Source: Phormidesmis sp. (lineage in GTDB: Bacteria > Cyanobacteriota > Cyanobacteriia > Leptolyngbyales > Leptolyngbyaceae). Taken from it: a stretch of DNA of 64,000 nt. Within the stretch, counting starts at the first letter, position 1, and every line of letters begins with the position of its first letter. Shown piece after piece: positions 9,368 through 18,720 of the stretch. Location: the NCBI GenBank assembly GCA_965248535.1, contig CBDFJR010000002.1, positions 1,216,001 through 1,280,000 on the forward strand. The letters are read 5' to 3'. The notes below the pieces were generated by a model. That model was not told the DNA's origin, did no database searches, and worked only from the letters and a program-made list of their open reading frames with translations. Position numbers and translations under genes: made by a program.

Positions 9368-10444
9368 ATGACCCCCGATCGTACAGTTCAGGCAATAGAG
9401 TCGCTTCAGACAACAGTTAATGATTTATTTCACCAGTTGCCCAACTTGCGACACGGAGATTTGATTGCTCAAGCACTCGCGCTGATTGTGCGAATGGCAG
9501 GAGATGATATCGATCGGCTGGATTGGAAGATTCTCAATGCCTCTCTGCAAGACATGGAGCGGGCGTTTACCACGTTTTATCCCTATCGACACGTTCGCAA
9601 AATTGCCATTTTCGGTTCGGCTCGAATTTCGCCCGACACCGAAGAATATCAGATGGCGCGGGAGTTTGCGCGTTGTGTCACGGCTCAGGGCTACATGGTG
9701 ATCACCGGGGCAGGCGGCGGCATCATGCAGGCTGGAAATGAAGGAGCCGGGGCAGATCAATCGTTTGGGCTAAATATTCAGCTTCCGTTTGAGCAGGGCG
9801 CAAATCCCTTTATTGAAGGCGACCCAAAACTGGTGCCGTTTAAGTATTTCTTCACCCGCAAAGTATTCTTCTTAAGAGAAAGTGATGCTCTAGCGCTGTT
9901 TCCGGGTGGGTTTGGCACCCAAGATGAAGCGTTTGAATGTTTGACGCTGACACAGACGGGCAAATCGGCTCCGGTGCCGCTGGTGTTGATTGACAAGCCG
10001 GGCGGCAGCTATTGGCATGACTGGGCTGACTATGTAGATAAACAATTGCTGAAGCGGGGGCTGATCAGCCCAGATGATCCCAGCTTGTACACAATTACTG
10101 AGGATCTGGATGTTGCCTGTGACGCGATTTCTAGCTTTTATCAGGTCTATCACTCTAGTCGCTATGTGGGCGAGCAGTTGGTCATTCGGCTCAAGTCTGA
10201 CTTGACCGATGAAAGTGTCGCCCTGCTGAACGAAAGTTTTGCCGATATTTTGGTGAAAGGGACGATCGAGCGCAGCAAAGCCCTACCCCCAGAAGCTCAA
10301 GACGAAACATTGGAGTTGCCTCGGCTGGTGCTGAATTTTAACCAGAAAGATCTGGGTCGTCTCTATCGCCTGATCGCGACCATTAACCAGTTAGGAACGC
10401 CGACGCTTCCGCAAGAAGTTTCGGCGCACCCAGAGCGAAAATAG
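9368..10444 (+). CDS. LOG-family protein (nucleotide monophosphate nucleosidase-like)
   Basis: IFGSAR, TGAGGGIM, FKYFFTRK, PGGFGTQDE. Confidence 0.9.
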   Translation: MTPDRTVQAIESLQTTVNDLFHQLPNLRHGDLIAQALALIVRMAGDDIDRLDWKILNASLQDMERAFTTFYPYRHVRKIAIFGSARISPDTEEYQMAREFARCVTAQGYMVITGAGGGIMQAGNEGAGADQSFGLNIQLPFEQGANPFIEGDPKLVPFKYFFTRKVFFLRESDALALFPGGFGTQDEAFECLTLTQTGKSAPVPLVLIDKPGGSYWHDWADYVDKQLLKRGLISPDDPSLYTITEDLDVACDAISSFYQVYHSSRYVGEQLVIRLKSDLTDESVALLNESFADILVKGTIERSKALPPEAQDETLELPRLVLNFNQKDLGRLYRLIATINQLGTPTLPQEVSAHPERK

Positions 10445-10449
10445 CCGCA

Positions 10450-10803
10450 TCAAGGGCGGCAGGTTAGCAACAGAGCCTTGGGATAAAGTCGCTGTAACTC
10501 GGATAGGCGATCGGGGTTGGCGCGTCCATAGGGGGTCAAGTCACGAACGATCGAGGGCACGGGCGCAGGCGACAACCGCTCTTGACTCAAATCGTTGAAC
10601 AGGATCACCGTCTGAAGGCGCGAGGTTTGGTAGTGGTGCTCATAGGTTTGGGCGACCTGTTGCCACTGGGTTTGAGAGCAATAGCTGCGATCGATTAACA
10701 CCACGGTGCTAGGAAAACTCTGAGCGATCGCCCATCCTGCTGTCAGAAAAAGCAGCCAACCAGCGCCTAAAATTCGCAGCAAAGAGCGGTTGAGGGCAGC
10801 CAT
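10450..10803 (-). CDS. Small membrane-anchored or secreted protein with VWA-like first strand
   Basis: Start reassigned to MAALNRS; hydrophobic N-terminus followed by VVLIDRSYC. Confidence 0.65.
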   Translation of the reverse strand: MAALNRSLLRILGAGWLLFLTAGWAIAQSFPSTVVLIDRSYCSQTQWQQVAQTYEHHYQTSRLQTVILFNDLSQERLSPAPVPSIVRDLTPYGRANPDRLSELQRLYPKALLLTCRP

Positions 10804-10813
10804 AAAGACACCG

Positions 10814-12559
10814 TTATAGGTTGGTTTGAAAGAGTTCTGTAAACAGAGCTTGCAGCGTTTTGGGATTGCCCGATTTGACGGTGGCTTCTCGCAGTTGGGC
10901 GATCGCCTGTAGCTCTGCCTGATTGACCTCGCCATAGGCGATCGGGTAGAAGCGCACGTCGCTGTGGGCTAACACGTCTTTCACCTGGTCAAATTTTAAG
11001 CCTTGGTTGGTTTCGCCATCAGAAAGCAGCATCAGATAAAATCGACCGTTAGGATCGGCTTTTTTGCGATCCAATAAGTCAGACAAGCCAGAAATCATGC
11101 CGTCATACATTGCGGTGCCGCCATCGGCTCTGAGTTGGTCGGCGGCGGCCAAAAGTCGCTGATGTTGGAGGGAGTCAAACGGAGCTAGAGGCACGATCGC
11201 GGTAGCCCGATCGCTAAACGTCGTCAGTCCCACATAGTTGCCGGGATTGATCGATTGAGCCGCAATCTGCAAGCTGCTTTTCACCGCTTGAATGCGGGGC
11301 CCCTCCATTGAGCCACTCGTGTCGATCACGAGAGATAGATAAACGGTGCGTCCGCCGTCTTTGCGCTGTTTCCAAAATGACTGAGCCGCTTTGAGCACTT
11401 CGCCAGACGGTAGAGGCGGGGCAGGGTTTTGGAGCGAGTTGGCAGGCGCAAAGCCTTGAGCGATCGCCAGTTTTTGCATATCCGCCGATCCTGCAAAGTC
11501 AGCAAATTGCTTCAGAGCCTCCTGCTGAAGGGGACTGTTCCACTCAAAGCTGACTAGCGGACTGTCGTGGGGCACCCCAAACGGCACAAAGGCGACATCC
11601 TCAAATCCGGGCAGTTTTTTGAGGGTTTGATAACTCTGATATTCGAGGGGAAAGGCTTGCAGTTTTTGGCGATCGCGGATGAAGATTTCCTTCAAATCTA
11701 GCGTGGTAGTGGTCGTCACTAACACCTGTTTTTGAAAGGCATCAAACACCGAATTGACCTGCGGAGACTGCAACTCAGCCACGGTGAGGGGCTTGTGATC
11801 CTGCTGGTGCCCGGCGCTGCGCCAAAACAGACTGTAGAGTAAATTCAGCGCTGCCGAACTCGTGTAGGGATTGGGATAGCCAACCGTAATTTTGCCCGAT
11901 ACGATCGCGTCTAAAAGCCGCTCAAAGGTCACCTCTCCATCTTTGGCAAGGGTTTGATAAGCGGTGGACGCGACGACAAATCCGGCTGAGTTGTGGACTA
12001 AGCGAGGGGTGACGATCGTGCTCGATAACCCCTGCTGTTGCAGAAGTTGCAGCCACAGTTGATTAGAGGGTGAAAACCCAGTGGGGCGAACGACTTGAGC
12101 CGCTAGCAGTCGAGCCGCCGTGCCCGATGGAACGTTGCGAATGCCGACTTGAATGGTCTGCCCAGAGGGGGTTGTAGCTCGTTTGGCGTTAAAGGCTTCT
12201 GCCACGTTGACAAGCCAGCGCTCATCTTGTTTTTGCCCGTTTGATTTTTCAGCCGATCCTAAAATTTCGATGTAGGCAGTTTTAGAATCGGTCGAAGGCT
12301 GCGCTCCATAAACAGGAAAATCTTCCAGTTTGGGTAAAGGTTCTGCGACTTTTTGGACGGCATAGCGTTGGGCAACGGCATCGGCGATCGGGGCTTTTTC
12401 GACATTGATTTTGGGCAACAGATCGGCGTGCAGCACCCGATCGGCGCTTTCAAAGGAGTTGACCGCTGGGATGCCCCCACAGGCCCAGAGTGTAGACAGA
12501 CAGACCCCGCAGACGAACCACAGCCCAAACCAGATCCGCAGTTTTTTAAGTAATTTCAT
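10814..12559 (-). CDS. Lipoprotein with substrate-binding-protein domain and C-terminal VWA domain
   Basis: Lipobox LWAC; SBP-like NPYTSSAA; MIDAS VIDTSGSM, GGTAMYDG, LLSDGE. Confidence 0.85.
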   Translation of the reverse strand: MKLLKKLRIWFGLWFVCGVCLSTLWACGGIPAVNSFESADRVLHADLLPKINVEKAPIADAVAQRYAVQKVAEPLPKLEDFPVYGAQPSTDSKTAYIEILGSAEKSNGQKQDERWLVNVAEAFNAKRATTPSGQTIQVGIRNVPSGTAARLLAAQVVRPTGFSPSNQLWLQLLQQQGLSSTIVTPRLVHNSAGFVVASTAYQTLAKDGEVTFERLLDAIVSGKITVGYPNPYTSSAALNLLYSLFWRSAGHQQDHKPLTVAELQSPQVNSVFDAFQKQVLVTTTTTLDLKEIFIRDRQKLQAFPLEYQSYQTLKKLPGFEDVAFVPFGVPHDSPLVSFEWNSPLQQEALKQFADFAGSADMQKLAIAQGFAPANSLQNPAPPLPSGEVLKAAQSFWKQRKDGGRTVYLSLVIDTSGSMEGPRIQAVKSSLQIAAQSINPGNYVGLTTFSDRATAIVPLAPFDSLQHQRLLAAADQLRADGGTAMYDGMISGLSDLLDRKKADPNGRFYLMLLSDGETNQGLKFDQVKDVLAHSDVRFYPIAYGEVNQAELQAIAQLREATVKSGNPKTLQALFTELFQTNL

Positions 12560-12570
12560 TACTGTTCCTA

Positions 12571-13215
12571 TTAATGTTTATCGATCGGGGATCGCAACAC
12601 CGTCCGGTTAGTCTCAATCACTAACCGCAAACTTGCTGGCAAACTAATCTCCGAACGAGTCAGATCAAAGCCAGACAGCAAAATCTGATCCTGCAACTGC
12701 TGCAATTCGTCGTGGGTTTGCGCCAAGCGATCGCAGGTCGCCTGCAACTGCTGTTGGGCTAAAGGACGATAGGTGGCAGATTGGATTTGATCCACCGCTT
12801 GCAGGGCTGCGACCACTTGCCGCATCAACGCGAGAACGGTGTGCAGCGCGTCCAACAATTCTGGAATTAAGGTCGGCTCTCGGCAGGCAATCTGAGTGGC
12901 AAATCTCTGGGTTGCTTCTGCCCAGTCGTAAGCCTGTTTCATCGGGGCTGAAACAACTTGATAATCAAACGTTGCTAAGTGCGCTAAAAAGGTGGCGCGA
13001 TCGAGCAAATTTTCTGACGGTTTGAACATGGTTTTGTGCAGATATCTAAACCAAACGCTGATCATGCCTAGAGCGATCGCGCCGCCGATGATCAGCACGA
13101 GCCAATGGCTTCCTAACGCGATCACAAACCAGAGATAGCCCAGCAGCGTTCCTGCTAAAAGCAAATAAGTTTGAGGGAGGCGAAATTTTGGAAATGAATG
13201 ACGGAGGTTCATCAT
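12571..13215 (-). CDS. Hypothetical protein with two N-terminal TM helices and a helical cytoplasmic domain
   Basis: Hydrophobic residues about 16-57, then Q/L-rich helices; operonic spacing. Confidence 0.7.
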   Translation of the reverse strand: MMNLRHSFPKFRLPQTYLLLAGTLLGYLWFVIALGSHWLVLIIGGAIALGMISVWFRYLHKTMFKPSENLLDRATFLAHLATFDYQVVSAPMKQAYDWAEATQRFATQIACREPTLIPELLDALHTVLALMRQVVAALQAVDQIQSATYRPLAQQQLQATCDRLAQTHDELQQLQDQILLSGFDLTRSEISLPASLRLVIETNRTVLRSPIDKH

Positions 13216-13222
13216 AGTTTCC

Positions 13223-14515
13223 CTACTGAACGGTGTCGGGTAACTGAACCCAGTCAGCGCTTTCTGTGGGTTCTGACTGGCGTTGTTTACCGTCTAACAA
13301 GCAACTGACGGTCATGTCTCCCATGACGTTGATGGCAGTGCGGCAGCGATCGAGAAACCAATCTACTGTCACTAGCAGCGCAATATATTGAGTCGGCAAT
13401 CCCACGGCGGTGAATACGAGCGTCATCGTCACCAACCCTGCTTCGGGAATGCCTGCGGCACCCACTGACGCGAATATAGCCGTTAACACAACAATGAATT
13501 GCTGGGGTAAGCTGAGATCAAGCCCTAAAATCTGAGCGACAAACAACGCTGACATCGCCTCATATAATGCAGTGCCATCATTATTGAAGTTACTGCCTAC
13601 TAAAGCACCTAATGAAGCCGATGATTCTCGTAACCCTACTTTGTCTAACAAAGCTCGGAACGTGACGGGCATCGCCACTGTCGAGGATGCGGTTGAGAAA
13701 GCCGTTAAAAGTGCATCACTGCCACCCTGCAAAAATCGCTTTGGGCTGACCCAAGATCCTAACCGAACTCGGATCACATAATAGATTGCCTGAAGAAACA
13801 GCGCTAATAACACAGCAACAACAAAGGCTGCTAAGGACTTAAACGGTTCAAATCCCTGTAGCGCGATCGTTTTAGCAACAATTCCAAATACTGCGAGTGG
13901 CACCAGCGCGATCACAAACTGCAATAGCTGCACCACTGCATCAAACAGCATTGTGATCGCTTGCTCGATCGGGCGATAATCCTGCTTTCCCTGCTCGATC
14001 TGCTGGGCTTTGAGCGATCGTAAAACAATTCCAAACGACAGCGCCACAAAAATGAGTTGAATCACATTGTTATCGACCAAAGGCTGCACGATCGAGGGCG
14101 GCACCATGTCTTGCAGCAATCCCCACGGGTCAAAACCCTTGCTAGCAGCCACACTAGTCGGAGCCGCCACGCCCCACCAGCGTCCGGGTTTGAGCACATT
14201 GGCAACCAACAGTCCGATTAAGATTGCTGCAACAGTGTTCGTCAACAACAGCCCAAACAATCGCCGCCCCGATCGTCCGGGAATGGTTGCTGTCAAAAAA
14301 ACGTGCAAAACAGCGAGCAAAATTAGCGGAGTCGCCAAAGTGCGTAACGCTTTGAGCACCAAGTTGCAGGGAATGACCAAATTGTTGATCAACGGCACCC
14401 AATCCGGGTGAGGATGCCCTGCCCCTGCGAGTAGCCCGACCCCGATCGCTAACAAAAGCGCGATCACAATCTGACCATAAAGAGGAATCGCTTTGAGAAA
14501 ACTGTGCTGCTTCAT
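13223..14515 (-). CDS. Dicarboxylate/amino acid:cation symporter (DAACS/GltP family)
   Basis: AFSTASS, NNDGTALY, GAAGIP, DWFLDRCRTAINVMGD. Confidence 0.92.
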   Translation of the reverse strand: MKQHSFLKAIPLYGQIVIALLLAIGVGLLAGAGHPHPDWVPLINNLVIPCNLVLKALRTLATPLILLAVLHVFLTATIPGRSGRRLFGLLLTNTVAAILIGLLVANVLKPGRWWGVAAPTSVAASKGFDPWGLLQDMVPPSIVQPLVDNNVIQLIFVALSFGIVLRSLKAQQIEQGKQDYRPIEQAITMLFDAVVQLLQFVIALVPLAVFGIVAKTIALQGFEPFKSLAAFVVAVLLALFLQAIYYVIRVRLGSWVSPKRFLQGGSDALLTAFSTASSTVAMPVTFRALLDKVGLRESSASLGALVGSNFNNDGTALYEAMSALFVAQILGLDLSLPQQFIVVLTAIFASVGAAGIPEAGLVTMTLVFTAVGLPTQYIALLVTVDWFLDRCRTAINVMGDMTVSCLLDGKQRQSEPTESADWVQLPDTVQ

Positions 14516-14641
14516 ACCCTTATCCGCTATGACGTTAGCCACACTTTCTCAGACCGATCGCGGGTCACGCTAGATCAATGGGAGATCACCGAAAACTGCT
14601 CTAAAATTGATCTTGACAAACCTAAAAATTCTTCAGCATTT

Positions 14642-15964
14642 GTGGCAACAATCAGAGCGTCTAGTCAGGGACTTGCCAAAATCAAGCAGGTGCGAAACGA
14701 ACAGGGTTGGACGATCGACGATCCGCGCTGGCTCCTAGAGGCGAGTCAAATTCTTAAGCCAATGGTGTCGTGGAGCGATTTAGAACAGGTTGCCGATGGC
14801 GTTTCTGAAGGCACTTGGAAGCGATTTTTGTCAGGAAAGAGCATTGAGACCTTAGCGTTTAAGGCCTTTTGTCAGGTGTTAAACCTAGATTGGCAAGAAC
14901 TGGTCGATCGTCCGATCCAGTCCGAGTTTCGCGCCGTCAAACCGTCTCAGCAACACGCTGCTGGATTTTTGGATTGGGGAGATGCCCCCGATATTTCTGT
15001 GTTCTACGATCGCTCAGACGTTTTTGACACGCTGACTCAGTGGCTGGTGGTCGATCGCTGTCGGCTAGTGGCTCTGTTGGGCATGGGCGGCATTGGCAAA
15101 ACCGCTCTCGCCGTCAAACTCACCGAACATCTTCGGCCGCAGTTTGAAGGTGTGATTTGGCGATCGCTCCGATCAACTCCAGCGCTATCAGATCTGTTAA
15201 CCGATCTGATCACTGGATTAACTCAAGTCTCAATCTCTACGACGATCGAAGAATTATTATCAACCCTGATTCAACATCTGCGTCAACGCCGAGTTTTGCT
15301 GATTTTAGACGGGTGGGAAAATATTTTGGGCGGCGATCGGGCCGGACAGTGCAAACCCGGCTATGAAGACTATGGCGAATTGCTGCGGCGCATCGGCAGC
15401 GATCGTCATCAAAGCTGCCTGCTGTTGACGAGTCGAGAAAAGCCTGAAGAGTTAACGCTGCTCGAAGATTGCACGCCTCTAGCCAAGTCGCACAAACTAG
15501 CGGGCTTGGGCAGCGCCGCGATCGGGATTTTGCAAGCCAAAGGGCTAGTGTTAGAGCCTCAATCTTGGCATCAATTAATCCAGATTTATCGCGGCAATCC
15601 CCTAGCCTTAAACGTGGTGGCGACTTTGATTCAAGAATTGTTTGATGGCAAAGTTAGCGAAGCCCTCAAAACCAACACGATGTTGGGCATCGATCAAGTC
15701 AATCATGTGCTGACAGAGCGAGTCCGATCGCTGTCACCCCTCGAACAGCAACTCCTCTGTTGTCTAGCCCGCGTCCGCAATCCCATTCCTCGCGAGGCGC
15801 TGCGATCGCAGATGGCGACCCAAGTTTCTTATTCGGAATTTGTGAGCGGATTAACCTCCCTCGATCGGCGATCGCTGCTCGAAAAAAGCTCAGAAAACGG
15901 CAAGATTTTATTCACCCTTCAGCCGATGGTGATGAGATTTGTCACCAAACTGTTTCTCGTTTAG
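14642..15964 (+). CDS. XRE-like HTH plus NB-ARC (STAND) ATPase without C-terminal repeats
   Basis: VSEGTWKRFLSGK HTH, DWGDAPD, GMGGIGKT Walker A, LLILDG Walker B, LLTSRE, GNPLAL. GTG start inferred. Confidence 0.85.
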   Translation: MATIRASSQGLAKIKQVRNEQGWTIDDPRWLLEASQILKPMVSWSDLEQVADGVSEGTWKRFLSGKSIETLAFKAFCQVLNLDWQELVDRPIQSEFRAVKPSQQHAAGFLDWGDAPDISVFYDRSDVFDTLTQWLVVDRCRLVALLGMGGIGKTALAVKLTEHLRPQFEGVIWRSLRSTPALSDLLTDLITGLTQVSISTTIEELLSTLIQHLRQRRVLLILDGWENILGGDRAGQCKPGYEDYGELLRRIGSDRHQSCLLLTSREKPEELTLLEDCTPLAKSHKLAGLGSAAIGILQAKGLVLEPQSWHQLIQIYRGNPLALNVVATLIQELFDGKVSEALKTNTMLGIDQVNHVLTERVRSLSPLEQQLLCCLARVRNPIPREALRSQMATQVSYSEFVSGLTSLDRRSLLEKSSENGKILFTLQPMVMRFVTKLFLV

Positions 15965-16596
15965 ATAAAAATCAGTCCTTGACGAGCACCCAAAATCACG
16001 GCTTCGGTGCGGCTCGACGCATTGAGCTTGCTGAAGATCGAGCTAATGTGAAACTTAACCGTATGGTCAGAAATGGTCAACCGCCGGGCGATCGCTTTGT
16101 TGCCCAACCCTTCGGCCAACATTCCCAAGACTTCCACCTCGCGACTCGTCAAGGCTTGCATCGGAGGTTCGGGTAAGGATCGAGTTGTCGCCGGAAGGAT
16201 AGACAGCAACGACTCGATCGCGTCAGGATGCAAAACCGTAAACCCGGCCGCCGCCGCCGCGATCGCGCTCACCATTTCAGCGGCCGTAGACTCATTAGAG
16301 ATCACTCCCCGCACCCCCGCCCGCAGCAGATCCCCCATTGCGCCTGACAACTCATCGACTAGCACCACGATCGCCGCCTGAAAACTCATATCAGACAGAA
16401 GCGACGGCAACGATTCGTCATCTTGCCCGCTCCAGTCGATCAAAATCACCTCGACAGACGGCGGCGCGATCGCCGAAATCAAGGAGTCCAGATTGGCAGA
16501 CGTGCCGATTACGGCGATCGTGGGATCACTCGTGATCAGCGCTTCCAACCCAGTTCGCAGAACGATCGAGGCCGCCACCACCCAAACTCGAATCAT
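15961..16596 (-). CDS. NarL/LuxR-family response regulator with atypical receiver
   Basis: LTSREVEVL...GLGNKAIA...ISDHTVKFHISSIFSKL HTH; first strand IRVWVVAAS lacks the acidic pair. Confidence 0.9.
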   Translation of the reverse strand: MIRVWVVAASIVLRTGLEALITSDPTIAVIGTSANLDSLISAIAPPSVEVILIDWSGQDDESLPSLLSDMSFQAAIVVLVDELSGAMGDLLRAGVRGVISNESTAAEMVSAIAAAAAGFTVLHPDAIESLLSILPATTRSLPEPPMQALTSREVEVLGMLAEGLGNKAIARRLTISDHTVKFHISSIFSKLNASSRTEAVILGARQGLIFI

Positions 16597-17483
16597 AACC
16601 GGGGCAAATAAAGGATCATGCCTGCGACTCCTTGGGGTTCTCGACCATAGAGAATCACGTCGGCAACACTGCGCTGACCGCCTCGGAGAACATTGAGCGG
16701 CAGTCCGTCGCCTGAGTGAGAGCGCTCTAGAATCTCAAACAACTCATTCGGCGTTTGAAACGATGTGCCGCGCACCCCAATCAACACATCGCCGAGCTGC
16801 AAATGAGCCACCTCAGCCGGACTGTCAGACTCGATTGCTATAATCAACAAGCCGTAGACCGGGCGGCGATCGATCGGCACCATCACAGGCTGAAGCGACA
16901 CCCCTAAATAAGGACGATCGTGCTGATCCCTGAGAAATCGCTGCACAACCCGGCTCGGAATCGCAAACCCGCAGCCGTTCACAATCATGGTGTTGATGCC
17001 AATCACCTGCCCTTGGGCGTTGGCGAGTGCACCGCCAGAGTTGCCCGGAGCCAATCTCACATCAGCCTGAATCCACGGCTGAGTTTGGGTCGAGCCAAGG
17101 GTGTGAATAATTCCCGTGGTGACGGCACCCACCCATCCAAGCGGATTGCCCACCGCTAAGACAAATTCACCGACTCGCAGGCAGTCAGAGTCTCCCACCG
17201 CCGCAGCAGGCAAATCAGTCGCCTGAACTTGCAGCGCCACTAAATCTCGTTGAATATTTCTGGCCGTGACGGTTGCCTTTAAAATCTGTCCGTCCGATCG
17301 CTCTACTTCAGCTTCGGTGCCGCTCACCACATGGGCATTGGTGACAATTACGCCATTTGCGCTCCAGATTACCCCCGATCCGGCTCCCGATTTGCCCGAT
17401 CGCACTTGCACGGTGCAGCGCCGCAATTGATCGGCGATCGTCGTCAACTCCTTCGTCAAAAAACTTGGGTAAATGTCTTGCAT
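16593..17483 (-). CDS. HtrA/DegP-like S1C serine protease with one PDZ domain
   Basis: TNAHVV, RDLVAL and GNSGG triad; PYLGV PDZ; no signal peptide. Confidence 0.9.
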   Translation of the reverse strand: MQDIYPSFLTKELTTIADQLRRCTVQVRSGKSGAGSGVIWSANGVIVTNAHVVSGTEAEVERSDGQILKATVTARNIQRDLVALQVQATDLPAAAVGDSDCLRVGEFVLAVGNPLGWVGAVTTGIIHTLGSTQTQPWIQADVRLAPGNSGGALANAQGQVIGINTMIVNGCGFAIPSRVVQRFLRDQHDRPYLGVSLQPVMVPIDRRPVYGLLIIAIESDSPAEVAHLQLGDVLIGVRGTSFQTPNELFEILERSHSGDGLPLNVLRGGQRSVADVILYGREPQGVAGMILYLPRL

Positions 17484-18410
17484 TTAGTCTTCTCTCCCTG
17501 GTTTTTCGCCAACCGTCAGGGTGATCTCAGCCAACACGCCGCCTCGAATGATTTGCGCTGTCAACGGTTGACCGACTCGATCGGGGTCAAGCAAGCGCTG
17601 CACATCGCCCACATCGGCGATCGCAGTCCCATTTAGCGCAGTGATAATGTCGCCAATCAACACTCCCGCCCGATCGCCCGGTGCATCGGGGGCAATGCTC
17701 ACCACAATCACGCCACTTTCAGTCAGGTTGAGCGATCGCAATAGCGCGTCGGGTAGCTGCACTGCTTGCATTCCCAATCCTAAATAGCCACGGGCAATGC
17801 GTCCGGTTTGCAGCAGTTGATCAACTACGCGATTCACCGTCGCTGATGGAATCGATAAGGTCATGTGCCGCGGCCCAGTGGTGTTGATGCCCACAACCCG
17901 CCCTGCTGCATCCACTAACGGGCTACCCGAAAACCCAGGATAGAGCATCAGAGACGGGCGAATAAATTGATCAATCCGTCCGCCTTGCCAGCCGCGCCAC
18001 GGGCCCCCGATCGTGCTGATTACGCCCATGCTGGCACTGGTTGCGCCTTCTTTTGAGCGGGCGATCGCTAATACAATCTGCCCGATTCTCAATGCTGAAG
18101 ACTCGCTGACCTCAATGGTTGGCAGATCCACATTGTCTAATTTTAGTAATGCTAAATCACTGCTAGAATCACGCCCTGCTAATACAGCAGGCACAGTTTG
18201 CCCATCGGGTAAGGTAACGCTGATCTCTTCGTCTCGGTTAACGGTGTGATCAGCCGTGACAATGACTCCCGATCGCCAATAAACCCCAGTTGAAGACATT
18301 TTTCGGCGAGCATTGACAGCGACGATCGATCGGGCTGATTGCTCTACAATGTCGGCTAGTTGATGGGAAAATTCTAGCAGCACGCTAGATCGATTAGAAG
18401 AGGTTGTCAT
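17484..18410 (-). CDS. HtrA/DegP-like S1C serine protease with one PDZ domain (divergent paralog)
   Basis: TADH, SDLALL, GFSGS; GYLGL PDZ; no signal peptide. Confidence 0.88.
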   Translation of the reverse strand: MTTSSNRSSVLLEFSHQLADIVEQSARSIVAVNARRKMSSTGVYWRSGVIVTADHTVNRDEEISVTLPDGQTVPAVLAGRDSSSDLALLKLDNVDLPTIEVSESSALRIGQIVLAIARSKEGATSASMGVISTIGGPWRGWQGGRIDQFIRPSLMLYPGFSGSPLVDAAGRVVGINTTGPRHMTLSIPSATVNRVVDQLLQTGRIARGYLGLGMQAVQLPDALLRSLNLTESGVIVVSIAPDAPGDRAGVLIGDIITALNGTAIADVGDVQRLLDPDRVGQPLTAQIIRGGVLAEITLTVGEKPGRED

Positions 18411-18720
18411 GCTGATTCCAAGACTGATTCCCTTTAGAATGCCGTAACCTCAGGCTGAACAGCATCAGAAAAATGGGCAGATTACCCCCTAGAAAAATGG
18501 CTAGGAGCGATCTACAAACCGACCCAAATTCTCAGAGCTAGGGTAACAATTCATTCCTTGGCTTGTCGTAGATTAATCCCTAAGCGTACTATTGACGTTA
18601 TAAATAAACGATCCGATCTGATTCACGATTCTGAGTCTAAAGTGCTCTAAATTACATTGGGCTGCTGAATCGTTCAAATATTATGAGACCCTTGACCCTG
18701 CTCAATCCGCATTAAATTTT

